IMG/VR virus record: IMGVR_UViG_3300020446_000063
Span: 1-26,948 of that record
Source of the DNA: a virus
Lineage: Duplodnaviria; Caudoviricetes
Direction: 5' to 3' (one strand)
Length of the DNA stretch: 26,948 nucleotides
The position numbers were made by a program, and so were the translations under genes. Below the pieces are notes generated by a model. The model ran no database searches. It was not told the DNA's origin and saw only the letters and a program-made list of their open reading frames with translations. Within the stretch, counting starts at the first letter, position 1. Each line of letters starts with the position of its first letter. Positions 1 to 9,700 of the stretch are shown here, piece by piece.

Positions 1-831
1 TCTGGTCGTTTAGCGGATCAAAAATCTGTTGTCAACTTCCGTGAGCACTCAAGAGACGCACTTGCATACGCAATGGCAGATAGAATGGACCAAATTGCAT
101 TCTTAACCTTGGCTGGTATTGACTATAACAGAAAGAACAACAACATCGGTGGTTCTACTGCGACTAGACCAGTATTGGGTTCAGGTGCTAACTTGTCTGA
201 TCTTGCCTTTAATGGTGATGTAACTGCTCCTACTTCTAACAGACACAGAAGAGTCGACTCAACTAATGGTTTAGTTGCTGGTGACACTTCTGCTTTAGCT
301 GCTACTGACAAGATGACTTACAGTACTATTGTTGAGTTAAAAGCTTTTGCTAAAGACCAATACATTAGAGGTATGAGAGGAAATGGTAATGAAGAGATGT
401 ATCATCTTTTTGTTACTCCACAAGTAATGGCTGATCTGAAACTAGATTCTGACTTCTTAGCTAACGTAAGAAGCGCTGGTATCAGAGGACCAAACAACGA
501 ACTATTTGCTGGATCTTCTAGCTTAATGGTTGACGGCGTTATGGTTCACGAATTCAGACACGTACCAAACACTTCTCAAGGTACCTCAGGTACTCAGAAA
601 GGTGGATCTGGTAGTGATGTTGATTTCGCTGCTAACTTATTCTGTGGAGCTCAAGCTCTTGCTATGGCAGATATCGGTTTGCCTGAAATAGTTGAAGACA
701 CTTTCGACTATGGAAACCAAAATGGTATCTCTATTGGTAAGATCATGGGTCTTAAGAAACCTAAGTACAATTCTGACATTTCTGGTCAGGATGAAGACTT
801 TGGTGTAATCAGAGTAGATTGCGCATTTTAA
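1..831 (+). CDS. Major capsid protein, N4-gp56/DUF4043-like family (5'-truncated by window edge)
   Basis: Frame 1 is open from base 1 (SGRLADQKSVVNFREHSRDALAYAMADRMDQ...), so the ATG at 73 is internal. Motifs 'LF.G....VDGV.VHE', 'LFCGAQALAMADIG', 'E..FDYGNQ.GISIGKI.GLKKP.Y' and 'DFGVI.VD' match what I recall for this capsid family. Followed by a terminator hairpin. Confidence 0.88.
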   Translation, partial: SGRLADQKSVVNFREHSRDALAYAMADRMDQIAFLTLAGIDYNRKNNNIGGSTATRPVLGSGANLSDLAFNGDVTAPTSNRHRRVDSTNGLVAGDTSALAATDKMTYSTIVELKAFAKDQYIRGMRGNGNEEMYHLFVTPQVMADLKLDSDFLANVRSAGIRGPNNELFAGSSSLMVDGVMVHEFRHVPNTSQGTSGTQKGGSGSDVDFAANLFCGAQALAMADIGLPEIVEDTFDYGNQNGISIGKIMGLKKPKYNSDISGQDEDFGVIRVDCAF

Positions 832-839
832 TTAAGATT

Positions 840-866
840 GGGGTGGTCTTCGGACCACCTCTTTCT
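840..866 (+). terminator. Rho-independent terminator after the capsid gene
   Basis: GGGGTGGTC-TTCG-GACCACCTC: 9-bp stem (one G-U pair) with a C(UUCG)G tetraloop at 840-861, followed by TTTCT. It starts 9 nt after the capsid stop. Confidence 0.85.
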
Positions 867-884
867 ACTAAACAGGAGTTTTAA

Positions 885-1130
885 ATGGAAGAAAAAAAGA
901 CTATGAAAGTTATCTCAGAAACAGATTTATATGTATCACTAAAAACTGGTGATGCTGTTCGTTTATACGCAGGAGAAGCAAGAGAATTCCCAGAGTATAT
1001 TGGATATGCTTGTTTACAAGCTGGGGCTAAAGAAGTAAGAGAACAGCCTAAAGCTAAAACAATGGAAGATGTTATAGAGAAAACAGAAGAAAAACCAAAG
1101 GCAAAAGCTAAAACAACTAAGAAAAAGTAG
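885..1130 (+). CDS. Small hypothetical protein with Lys-rich C-terminus (possible virion-associated protein)
   Basis: SD AGGAG at 874-878; 81 aa; stop abuts the next ATG (TAG ATG); C-terminus EEKPKAKAKTTKKK. Confidence 0.75.
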   Translation: MEEKKTMKVISETDLYVSLKTGDAVRLYAGEAREFPEYIGYACLQAGAKEVREQPKAKTMEDVIEKTEEKPKAKAKTTKKK

Positions 1131-1817
1131 ATGGCCGGTACGTTACAAGCACAACATATTTTATCCAGGGTACGTAATATACTTCAGGATAATACTGGCG
1201 TGCGTTGGACCGATGGCGAATTGTTTGATTATTTAAGTGATGGTCAAAGAGAGATTGCTAATTTTAGACCAGATGCTACTGCTACACATGCAAATGTACA
1301 GTTAGTAACTGGTACTGAACAAACAATACCTGCAGATGGTTTAAGGCTAGTAAAAATAGTGAGGAATGTAGCGAGTACTTCTGCTAGCGCTACCGGTGGT
1401 AGAACAGTTAGAGTAGTATCGGAAGATTCCTTAAATAGCACCGAACCAAACTGGCATGATCCAACTGTAACTGGCGATGCCACCCATGGCACTGAAGTAA
1501 AACACTATATTTTTGATGGGGACGATCCCAGGGTGTTTTATGTATATCCGGGAGTAGCGGGTAATGCTTTTGTAGAAGTTGTATATTCTAAAAACCCAAT
1601 AAGCATTAGTGCTGCTACAGATTTAATACAAGTGGATGATATCTTTGCTAATGCACTAATAAACTATGTTTTATATAGAGCATACCTAAAAGATGCCGAG
1701 TTTGCTGGTAATCAACAACGTTCTGCTAATTTTTTTGCTATATTTAGTCAAAGTCTAGCTAGGGGTGGAGTAGTTAGAGATGCGGTACAACCTGACCAAG
1801 GAGTGATGAATGGCTAG
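1131..1817 (+). CDS. Head-tail adaptor-like virion protein (DUF6682-like)
   Basis: N-terminal 'ILSRVRNILQD..GVRWT..EL..YL.DGQREI...RPDA' and C-terminal 'ALINYVLYRAY.KD' pattern typical of podoviral adaptor proteins; located after the capsid gene. Confidence 0.72.
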   Translation: MAGTLQAQHILSRVRNILQDNTGVRWTDGELFDYLSDGQREIANFRPDATATHANVQLVTGTEQTIPADGLRLVKIVRNVASTSASATGGRTVRVVSEDSLNSTEPNWHDPTVTGDATHGTEVKHYIFDGDDPRVFYVYPGVAGNAFVEVVYSKNPISISAATDLIQVDDIFANALINYVLYRAYLKDAEFAGNQQRSANFFAIFSQSLARGGVVRDAVQPDQGVMNG

Positions 1818-2493
1818 TTTTGATTCATTAATTAAAGACGTTTTACCATACGTTCCGGGTTGTCCTGATTCGTTAATAGAAACTACATTACGTTCTGCTA
1901 CTATAGAGCTTTGTGAGAAAAGTAAAGCTTTTACTCATGATCTAGACCCAATAACTACAATATCAGGAATCTATGAGTATGAGTTTGATCAACCTACTGG
2001 TACAGATGTGCATCAAATACTATGGGCTACTTATGATGGTAATGATTTAGACCCTATTAGCCCAAGAAGTTTAGAACTAAATTATCCTGATTGGCGAGAT
2101 AAATCAGGTATACCAACTGTGTATTTACAAAAAACACCGGATACTTTTTGGTTAGTACCAGTGCCTAATGCAAAAAACGTAAATGGTTTACTATTAAATG
2201 TAGCTTTAAAACCTAGTAGAACTAGCAATAATATAGACACTAATTTTAGTAACGATTATCGAGACGGCATTGTTTATGGTGCTGTTTATAGGCTGTTAAG
2301 AATGCCTAGTAAAGAATGGACAGATCCAGTAGCTGCTGCTGACTATTTTAACTTGTTTCAGGCTCAGGTATCTGATGCAGAGTTAAGAGGTAGAGGTGGT
2401 AATATTGGTGTGAAAAGAACAGTAAAATACAAAGGTGCAGGTTTATCCCCAAGGAAGAGGTATGGACGATATGGTAAAGAGTTGGACTATTGA
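1810..2493 (+). CDS. Second adaptor-like / tail structural protein
   Basis: 'LPYVPGCPD.LI...LR.A.IELCEKS' N-terminus and 'GIVYGAVYRLLRMP.KEWTD' C-terminal helix; overlaps the previous gene by 8 nt; resembles the second adaptor-like gene of 933W-type phages. Confidence 0.68.
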   Translation: MASFDSLIKDVLPYVPGCPDSLIETTLRSATIELCEKSKAFTHDLDPITTISGIYEYEFDQPTGTDVHQILWATYDGNDLDPISPRSLELNYPDWRDKSGIPTVYLQKTPDTFWLVPVPNAKNVNGLLLNVALKPSRTSNNIDTNFSNDYRDGIVYGAVYRLLRMPSKEWTDPVAAADYFNLFQAQVSDAELRGRGGNIGVKRTVKYKGAGLSPRKRYGRYGKELDY

Positions 2494-2914
2494 TGGTAAG
2501 GTCTTTGAATATATTCCTCTAGAGGATGTCAAAGTTGCTTACAATACAATAGAACCAGATCTTAAAAAAGTAGCCGAAAAGTCTTACGCTGATTGGATAC
2601 CCGCTGATGTATACGCAGCATTGCGAAAAGGTAGTTCTGAGTTATACATGGTGTATGAGGATAACTACTATGCAGGTTTTGTTACAGTATCGATTTTAGA
2701 TGATGCTGGAGGAGAAAAAACATTATATATTTGGGTTGCTTATAGTAGACCCGGGTATAATATAATAGGCGCAGGTGTAGAGTTTTTAGAAGGTCTAATA
2801 CAAAACACCAGCATAACAGGAATGGAGTTTCATTCCGACCGTTCTGGATGGAGCAGAGCGGCTAAAAAGCACGGATTTAAAGCAGTATCTACAGTTTATA
2901 GGAAAGATATTTAA
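2471..2914 (+). CDS. GNAT-fold-like protein preceding the ejection proteins (T7 gp13 / P22 gp14-like position)
   Basis: 'GFVTVS...TLYIWVAYS...MEFHSDRSGWSRAAKKHGF' has a GNAT-like strand/helix pattern. Start is uncertain (ATG at 2435, 2462 or 2471); AAGAGG at 2455-2460 favours 2471. TAATG coupling to the next gene. Confidence 0.6.
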   Translation: MVKSWTIDGKVFEYIPLEDVKVAYNTIEPDLKKVAEKSYADWIPADVYAALRKGSSELYMVYEDNYYAGFVTVSILDDAGGEKTLYIWVAYSRPGYNIIGAGVEFLEGLIQNTSITGMEFHSDRSGWSRAAKKHGFKAVSTVYRKDI

Positions 2915-3444
2915 TGGGTAAAAAACCAAAACCAGTTCAATACAAACCGAGTGCAACGGAAAAACAGCAGGCAGCTCAAGCACAGGCCGATCAAGCATTT
3001 TTTGAACAAACTTATGATCCTTTGCTACGTCAAATGCGTGATGAATCGTTAAGAACTAATACAGACGCTACATTACGTGGCCGTGCACAAGCCGATACGA
3101 TGCAAACACTTACAGGGGCTCCTACTTTAGGTGCTGTTTCTGGTGTAGATACTGCAGCAAATAGAGCTTCTGGGGCGGTAGCTAATATGTTGCAAGCTAA
3201 TATGATGGCAAAAGATGTTAAAAATCAACAGCAAGTTGGAGTGTTAGCAACAGCTAGAGGGCAGGCTGCAGATGCTGGTAGTGGCTTAGCTCAAGCAGCT
3301 AGATTAGCTAGATCAGAAGGTTTAAACAGAGCTTCAGCTAGTTTAAGTAGAGCAACAAATATCATGGGTAACATTGGTAAAGTTGGTAGTATGGTTATGA
3401 AAAGAGGTTTTGATGATAAGGGTTTTTTCAGGAGAAATAATTAA
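2914..3444 (+). CDS. Putative small ejection (internal virion) protein
   Basis: 176 aa, Ala/Gln/Gly-rich and helical, basic MGKKPKP N-terminus; first of four genes of increasing size typical of podoviral ejection modules. Confidence 0.62.
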   Translation: MGKKPKPVQYKPSATEKQQAAQAQADQAFFEQTYDPLLRQMRDESLRTNTDATLRGRAQADTMQTLTGAPTLGAVSGVDTAANRASGAVANMLQANMMAKDVKNQQQVGVLATARGQAADAGSGLAQAARLARSEGLNRASASLSRATNIMGNIGKVGSMVMKRGFDDKGFFRRNN

Positions 3445-3446
3445 TT

Positions 3447-4232
3447 ATGTTTAGACCTGGTAAATTAAAAAACGCATTTGACAGAATTAAAGCAATTCAA
3501 GAGGCGAAAAGAAAAAAAGACCCTGATTATATTTTTGCTGATGTTTCTAAACGTCAGTTTGATAGGTACGAGCGTGACTTTAAACCTTTTGAAGTAGATT
3601 TAATAGAACGTGCTCAAGAAGATACTAGTTTAATAGACAGAGTCCCTGAAGATGTCGAGCAACAACAAAGAATTGCTGAAGGTGTAAATAGAAGGAATAG
3701 AGAAAGATTTGGTTTTGAGTCTACTCAAGCTTTAGCCGCTGAAAGAGAAAGAGCTTCACAAAGGGGCGAAGCTTTAAATTTAGCTGGTGGCTTAACTAAT
3801 GCTAGATTAAGTCAATTAGATGCAAACCAAAGAGTTCTAGGTGACTTGATAAATATTGGTCAAGGTTTAAATAGAAGTTCCCTATCTGGGTTAGGCGCTG
3901 CCGCTGAAAATGCAGTAGCAAGAAGAAACCAGTATGAAAGAGATAGAGTAGCTTACAAAAATGCTAGAACAAATATGTTTACAAATATTTTGATGGCCCC
4001 TTTATCTATTTTTTCTGATATACGTTTGAAAAAAGATATTGAGTTTAGTCATAAAGAAGGCAAATATAATGTTTACACTTGGAAGTGGAGTGAAGAAGCT
4101 ATAAAACTAGGTGCAGGTGACTTACCTACTTATGGAGTCCTTGCACAAGAAGTAAAAGTACAAACTCCGAAAGCTGTTACCACACATGGTTCTGGTTATT
4201 TAATGGTTGATTATGGAGCTTTAGATGTCTGA
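3447..4232 (+). CDS. Putative ejection protein with C-terminal peptidase S74-like autocleavage domain
   Basis: Helical Q/R/A-rich body, then 'SDIRLKKDI' (Ser190 at 4014), 'GVLAQEV' and 'YLMVDYG', the hallmark motifs of the S74 intramolecular chaperone. Confidence 0.72.
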   Translation: MFRPGKLKNAFDRIKAIQEAKRKKDPDYIFADVSKRQFDRYERDFKPFEVDLIERAQEDTSLIDRVPEDVEQQQRIAEGVNRRNRERFGFESTQALAAERERASQRGEALNLAGGLTNARLSQLDANQRVLGDLINIGQGLNRSSLSGLGAAAENAVARRNQYERDRVAYKNARTNMFTNILMAPLSIFSDIRLKKDIEFSHKEGKYNVYTWKWSEEAIKLGAGDLPTYGVLAQEVKVQTPKAVTTHGSGYLMVDYGALDV

Positions 4233-6768
4233 ATTTCAATCTGCAAAAGATATGAATTTTTTCCAAAGGCTATTTGGAGGAAGAAGATACAGCGCACAAG
4301 AAGTAGATTTTATACAAGGAGAAAGGGCTGACCAGTATGCAGATACGTGGGGCAAAATGAAACAAGAGTTAGATACAGCAATTTTTTTGAATAAGCCACC
4401 GGAAAATTGGTTTGAAAGCGGTAAAACACAAGCCCAGTGGGACGAGTTTACCGCTGACAAAGATAGATTTAAGGGGTTTAGTGCTAGTAGATACCTTACT
4501 GCATTTGGAGAAGACAGGTTTAAATCTCTTTTACCTAAAGACGCTGGTACTGAGTTACTTAAAACTTTAGGAGACCAAGAATTAGGTCAGTTTAAATTTT
4601 TTGATGCAGTTAATACTACAACGACTCAAGGTGCGGATGGTAATGATGTGACCGATGTCGCTGTAAGAACTGGAACTATGGATGGGGATGGCACCGCTAA
4701 AATGCGTAGTAATAACATAACGCCTGACGGTAGTAATCAAAGTGAGTCTGGAGATCCAGGACTAACCTTAGATAACAGTCAATTTGATGCAATGATAGAG
4801 TTGATGAGAAGGGAAGACCAAGCAAAAACCGGTGGGAGGTTTTCTGATAATGATGATACGTTAAACGCGTTTCTGTTAGAAAACCAGCTAGACCCTACAG
4901 AAACCGTGTTAAACCCTAACAGAGAAGAAGTTATAGGTGATGCAGAAAAAATAGCTGAATTTTTTAAAAACAAAGGTATCTCAGTAGCCAGTACTAAGAC
5001 TGGCAAGAGTTTTACAGACAAAGCTGGAGACGCGGCGGGTGCAGTAACTCCTACTGCTACAGATGCAGCAGGGGGTGACAACCCTGTAGTAAACACTCCT
5101 TTTGGGCAATATAGATTATCAGATATGCCAAATAGGCAAAATATAATGCAAGGTGCTATCGTTAACCCTTACGACCCTAAAGTAATAACTGCAGCAAATT
5201 TTGCGGCTAATTTTAAACCTGGGTCTCAGGTAACAGCAGAAGATGTTGAGGTTCTAGCTCAAGGTTTATCTTCAGGCGCCCAAGCCGGTTTTAAAGAAAG
5301 CACAAACAGGGCTATACGAAGAGTAGAGATTATTAAAGGTAACTTAGCAATAGCTCAACAAAACGGAGACGAAGAAGAAGTAGAGAGGTTAACTAGACAG
5401 TTAAATGGGGCAAACTCCACTATAACAGCCGCAGTGAATAAAGTTTTAACAAATGTTCAAGACGATACTACTTCTTATAATAAATTTTTGAGGAGTCAAC
5501 AAACAAAAGGTATAGGGTCGTCTATTGAACAAAAAACCGAATTTCTAAATAAAAGACTTGAAAAGTTTTCTACTGATCTGTCAGATGCGACGCTTAAAGC
5601 AGCAAACGCTACAGGTCCCCTTTCAGAAGGTTTTAACAAGAAGAGATCTAAAGCTATAGATAATATTATTGATGCTAAAACACAGTTAAATGGATTAACG
5701 GGCGTACCCAATACACTTTTAGATTCAATTTCTAAGGTTTCAGGGGATGACCGTAAAGCTTTAGAAAACAACCCCGTGTTTATAGATGACTTACAAAATT
5801 TAGATAACGAAGCCTTAACTGCAAAATACTTAAATGAAGATGGCTCTATTAATCAAGAGGCTGTTTATGGTAAAGAGTATGAACCTGAAGTTAAAAACAT
5901 AATAGATAAAACTCTTACTAGAGGAGACGTAGCTCAATTTGCTAAGGCTATTCGAAGCGGAAATGAAGAAAAAATAACGGAACTTTTAGCAAAAGTAAAT
6001 TTATCACCTGAAGATGAACAAAGTTTAATAAATATATTTTCGGCTTCTCCTACTGGTGCTAATTATAATAAAGGCGCTGCACAACGCGGCGGTCAGCACT
6101 ATGCAAGAGGGCTACATATGATTGCTACGGCTAGCATGAATCCAGACAGTGCTGCATACAAAAGATTAGTAACTCCAGAATATTATAGTCTAGTGGAGAC
6201 GGGTAGATACAACTCGGACGCTTTAAATTATCAAGCTAAACAAATAAATAATGCAATAAATTCAACTCAATTAAACGATGCGTCAGATGATTTTAAAACC
6301 GCTTTTGCAGATTACAACTCCTTTTTAAATAAAATAGCTGAAGACGATGATTTAACTTTTAAAGACCAGTTACCTAGAATAAATGAGTTGTATAACAACA
6401 TGAAAGGTTTTGCAAGAAACAATGTTGATCTTAGTGCGCTATTGACACAAAGAGTGGCTCTATTAAAAAGAGTGTCTGGAGAAGAACTCCAACCAGGTTT
6501 TTGGAAAGAGGTATTTACCCTTGGGTTTGCGAAAGGCCCTAATGAATTTTCTTTGAGTGAAAAAATAGACGTTGATGTTGTAACACAAAATGGTGGGCCA
6601 CCTTCTTCTACTAATAAGATTATTGGGTTTAGAGGTGGGTCAGGTTTCCAATCGGCAAACAAATTTGAAGCTACATATGGGCCAGAAGCAGTTGCAGAGT
6701 TGGCTCAAATAGCAATTTCAAACGACAATAACTACATCAGCCAAGCTGAAGCCACCTCTAAAAAATGA
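4225..6768 (+). CDS. Putative large ejection (internal virion) protein
   Basis: 847-aa ORF, largely helical composition with a low-complexity linker (AGDAAGAVTPTATDAAGG); lies between other ejection-like genes; no catalytic motif recognised. Confidence 0.6.
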   Translation: MSEFQSAKDMNFFQRLFGGRRYSAQEVDFIQGERADQYADTWGKMKQELDTAIFLNKPPENWFESGKTQAQWDEFTADKDRFKGFSASRYLTAFGEDRFKSLLPKDAGTELLKTLGDQELGQFKFFDAVNTTTTQGADGNDVTDVAVRTGTMDGDGTAKMRSNNITPDGSNQSESGDPGLTLDNSQFDAMIELMRREDQAKTGGRFSDNDDTLNAFLLENQLDPTETVLNPNREEVIGDAEKIAEFFKNKGISVASTKTGKSFTDKAGDAAGAVTPTATDAAGGDNPVVNTPFGQYRLSDMPNRQNIMQGAIVNPYDPKVITAANFAANFKPGSQVTAEDVEVLAQGLSSGAQAGFKESTNRAIRRVEIIKGNLAIAQQNGDEEEVERLTRQLNGANSTITAAVNKVLTNVQDDTTSYNKFLRSQQTKGIGSSIEQKTEFLNKRLEKFSTDLSDATLKAANATGPLSEGFNKKRSKAIDNIIDAKTQLNGLTGVPNTLLDSISKVSGDDRKALENNPVFIDDLQNLDNEALTAKYLNEDGSINQEAVYGKEYEPEVKNIIDKTLTRGDVAQFAKAIRSGNEEKITELLAKVNLSPEDEQSLINIFSASPTGANYNKGAAQRGGQHYARGLHMIATASMNPDSAAYKRLVTPEYYSLVETGRYNSDALNYQAKQINNAINSTQLNDASDDFKTAFADYNSFLNKIAEDDDLTFKDQLPRINELYNNMKGFARNNVDLSALLTQRVALLKRVSGEELQPGFWKEVFTLGFAKGPNEFSLSEKIDVDVVTQNGGPPSSTNKIIGFRGGSGFQSANKFEATYGPEAVAELAQIAISNDNNYISQAEATSKK

Positions 6769-6769
6769 T

Positions 6770-9700
6770 ATGGCGTACAGAGATGATGAAACTTTAGCTA
6801 GCCTTATCCTAGGAAACCCAAAAGATGTTAGCTCTAGACAAAAACAAGCAGTAGCACAAGCCGAAAATCCCAACGTTAGCGAGTTAATTGATACTTCACC
6901 ACAAGGTTTCGGTGAGACATTCGCTGAGGCAGTGCGTGGAGGAGGCGCTCAGTTAACAGCCGATTTTAATAGATTTAAAGGCCTTGGAAATTTAATTATT
7001 GGTGCTGATGAAGCAGCTCAAAGAAATCTAGCTATAGCTGAAAGTTATGATGATTATTCTTCAGAACTTTTAGGTCAAATCCAACCATTTGAGGAATTTC
7101 TTGAGGAACCTACTTTTGGTGGATTTTTAACACAGGTAACAAAAGCGATAGGACAATTTACTCCTATGGCAATTAGCTCTGTAGCTAGTGGGTTTGGTGG
7201 TGCAGCTGCCGGTATGATTGGTAAAGGTGGGCTCAGACTTGCTGGTAAAAGAGGGGTAGATAAACTGTATAAAGCTGTTTTAGATAAAAAAGCTAAAAAT
7301 GAAGTTTTAACTCCAGATGAAAATGTAATATTTAATGAGGGTTTTGGTTATTTAAAATGGGCAAAACGAGGGGGTATAACAGGAGCGTTTGGTCAAGAAT
7401 ATGTAGTAGGTAGTTCACAGGCAGCTTCTGAATATCAAGAAGCTGGTATAGATTTAACTCAGGCGGAAGCTGCACAATCCTTTCTTTTAGGGATACCACA
7501 AGCGGTATTAGGTACTGCTTCTGAGACTATCTTCGCTCGTGCTTTATTAAAAAATGCTCTAAAAAAATCTCCTTTAGTTGCTTTAGAAAGAAAAGCACAA
7601 ACTATGGGTACTGCTAATTTAAGTAAAAATGAAAAGAAAATGTATAACCTTTTCCAAAAATTCCAAAAAAATGGGGCAGAATCTTTAACAAAAAGCCAAC
7701 TAGACGTATTGCAAAAATACAGTGGACCCCAAAAAAATGCCTTTTTTTCTACTATAAAAGATATTGGAAAGGGTTTTGTTGGTTCCGGTGCTACTGAAGG
7801 TATTACTGAGGTAGGTCAAGAGGGGTTAGGGATAGCTCAAAGATTTGCTATTGATGATGAGTACTCTGCACGAGACGCAAAACTAAGATTAGCGGAAGCA
7901 GCCTTTGCTGGGTTTTTTGCTGGTGGTGCTAGAGGTGGAGCAGGAGGGGCTGCAACTTCTATTATATCGAAGGCAAACAATCTACTTTCAACAGGACTGA
8001 ACGAACAGGGCAAAAATAAAACTGTAACAGAAATTATAAATGAAATAGGTAATCTACAAAATACAGAACCTAAAAATAATAATCAAGTTCAAGGAGAGTT
8101 GAACTTAAATAAAAATACTATATTACTTCCCGGAGTCACAGAAGATAATTACCGAGAAGTATATGCAGGTATTGATTTTGGTGATAGAGACACTGTTTTA
8201 CCATATAGAGGCCAAGGAATTGTCCTCGGTACAAAAGAAAGTTTACAAGAAGCCACTAACTACCATGTACGTAATATGGCTAAAGCAAGTAACAATCAGG
8301 AATTAACTATAGGCGAACAACAAGAATACGAACAAGCTATTATTAAAGCATTAGACAGCGAAGAATTAGTCGATGTAGTTGATAACCCTACTCACATGAT
8401 TAGTGTAAAAGACAACGATGGTAATGTTGTTGCGCAGAAACAAGTGTCTACAACTCCTGAGGAGTTGAGCCAAGCAGTTACAGAACTCCAACAAAAATAT
8501 CCGAACACTCAAGTAGAAGCGTTTGCCATGGAAGACACTAGAAACATGATAGACCCTAATGATCCAGATATTGACGCTATGGACGACCTTGAGGCAGATG
8601 ATGACACTACTTTAGACGATGATCCTGATGCTCCTGTTTTTAGAAACACAAGTGAGTTAGTTGATGCCGCAAGAAAAGAAGCGGAAAGAACTGGAGAAGA
8701 TATAGATACTGTTTTAAGTAGACTTGGTGGGCAAGGACAAGGAGGGCAGTTTGGACAACAATTAGAAGAAGCTAGAGTTACTATAGCTCCTGAGTTAGTA
8801 GCAAGAACAGAGTCAGAAGGAGATACAAACCAAACATATAAATTTAGTGACCCTCTAACTTATAAAAAAACAAACTATGAACCTAGACCAGAAACAAAAG
8901 AGGGTAAAAATAAAACAGCTGATGAAGAACTAGCACGACTTAGACAAAGATATTTAGATGAGTTAGGAACAGACCAAGAAAAAACATATTGGGGAGGCGT
9001 TGAACAAGATGTTAACTCTCCTAGAATGAAAACTTTAAGTCTAAGTCTTTTAAAAGCTTACTTTGAACAGCAACCAACTAAGCCAGATATTGCAATTGTT
9101 ACTACTCCATCGGACTCTGGTACTTATTCTTTAGTTACTAGAACAAATCCTAATATTGAGTTAGTGTCTATTCAGTCAGTAGAAAAAGCCGTATTAGAAT
9201 CTCTATTTAAAAACAAACAAACTGGACAATCTCAAGCAACTCCTGGATTTAAAATAAAAGTTACTAATGGCAACGCTCCCACTACACTGGGATATGGGGA
9301 TATGAAGTTTTTGTTTGCTAATCAAGATGTATCTGTAAACATGCATACCCTTCTATTTAGCGGTTTACAAATATTTCCTGAGATAAACCTCGAATTAAAC
9401 ACAGTAAGAAATCAACTTCAAGAATCAGGTTTAAATCCTTCTCAGGCTTTTGCTCAAGCTTTTGCTGGAGTAGTTCCTGATATATTGGAAGCCTATAAAG
9501 CCCAAGGTTTTGAAGTTGTGGTGCAAAAAGATTTTGGTAAACAAGGTTCTGAGTTTGTAAGTTTAGATGAATCTCCACTTACTATATATGAGGTGCCTTT
9601 ACTTTATAGAAGATCTAAATCAGAACCGGGTGCGCCTACTCAATTTATGTCTTTAACAGGTATGTTAGAAGACGTAGATAATATCACTTCTGCAAAAAAA

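Noticed and set aside
810-900. Programmed frameshift or readthrough extending the capsid protein (T7 10B style)
   Set aside because: No convincing slippery heptamer before the TAA, a terminator hairpin follows, and the next gene has its own SD.
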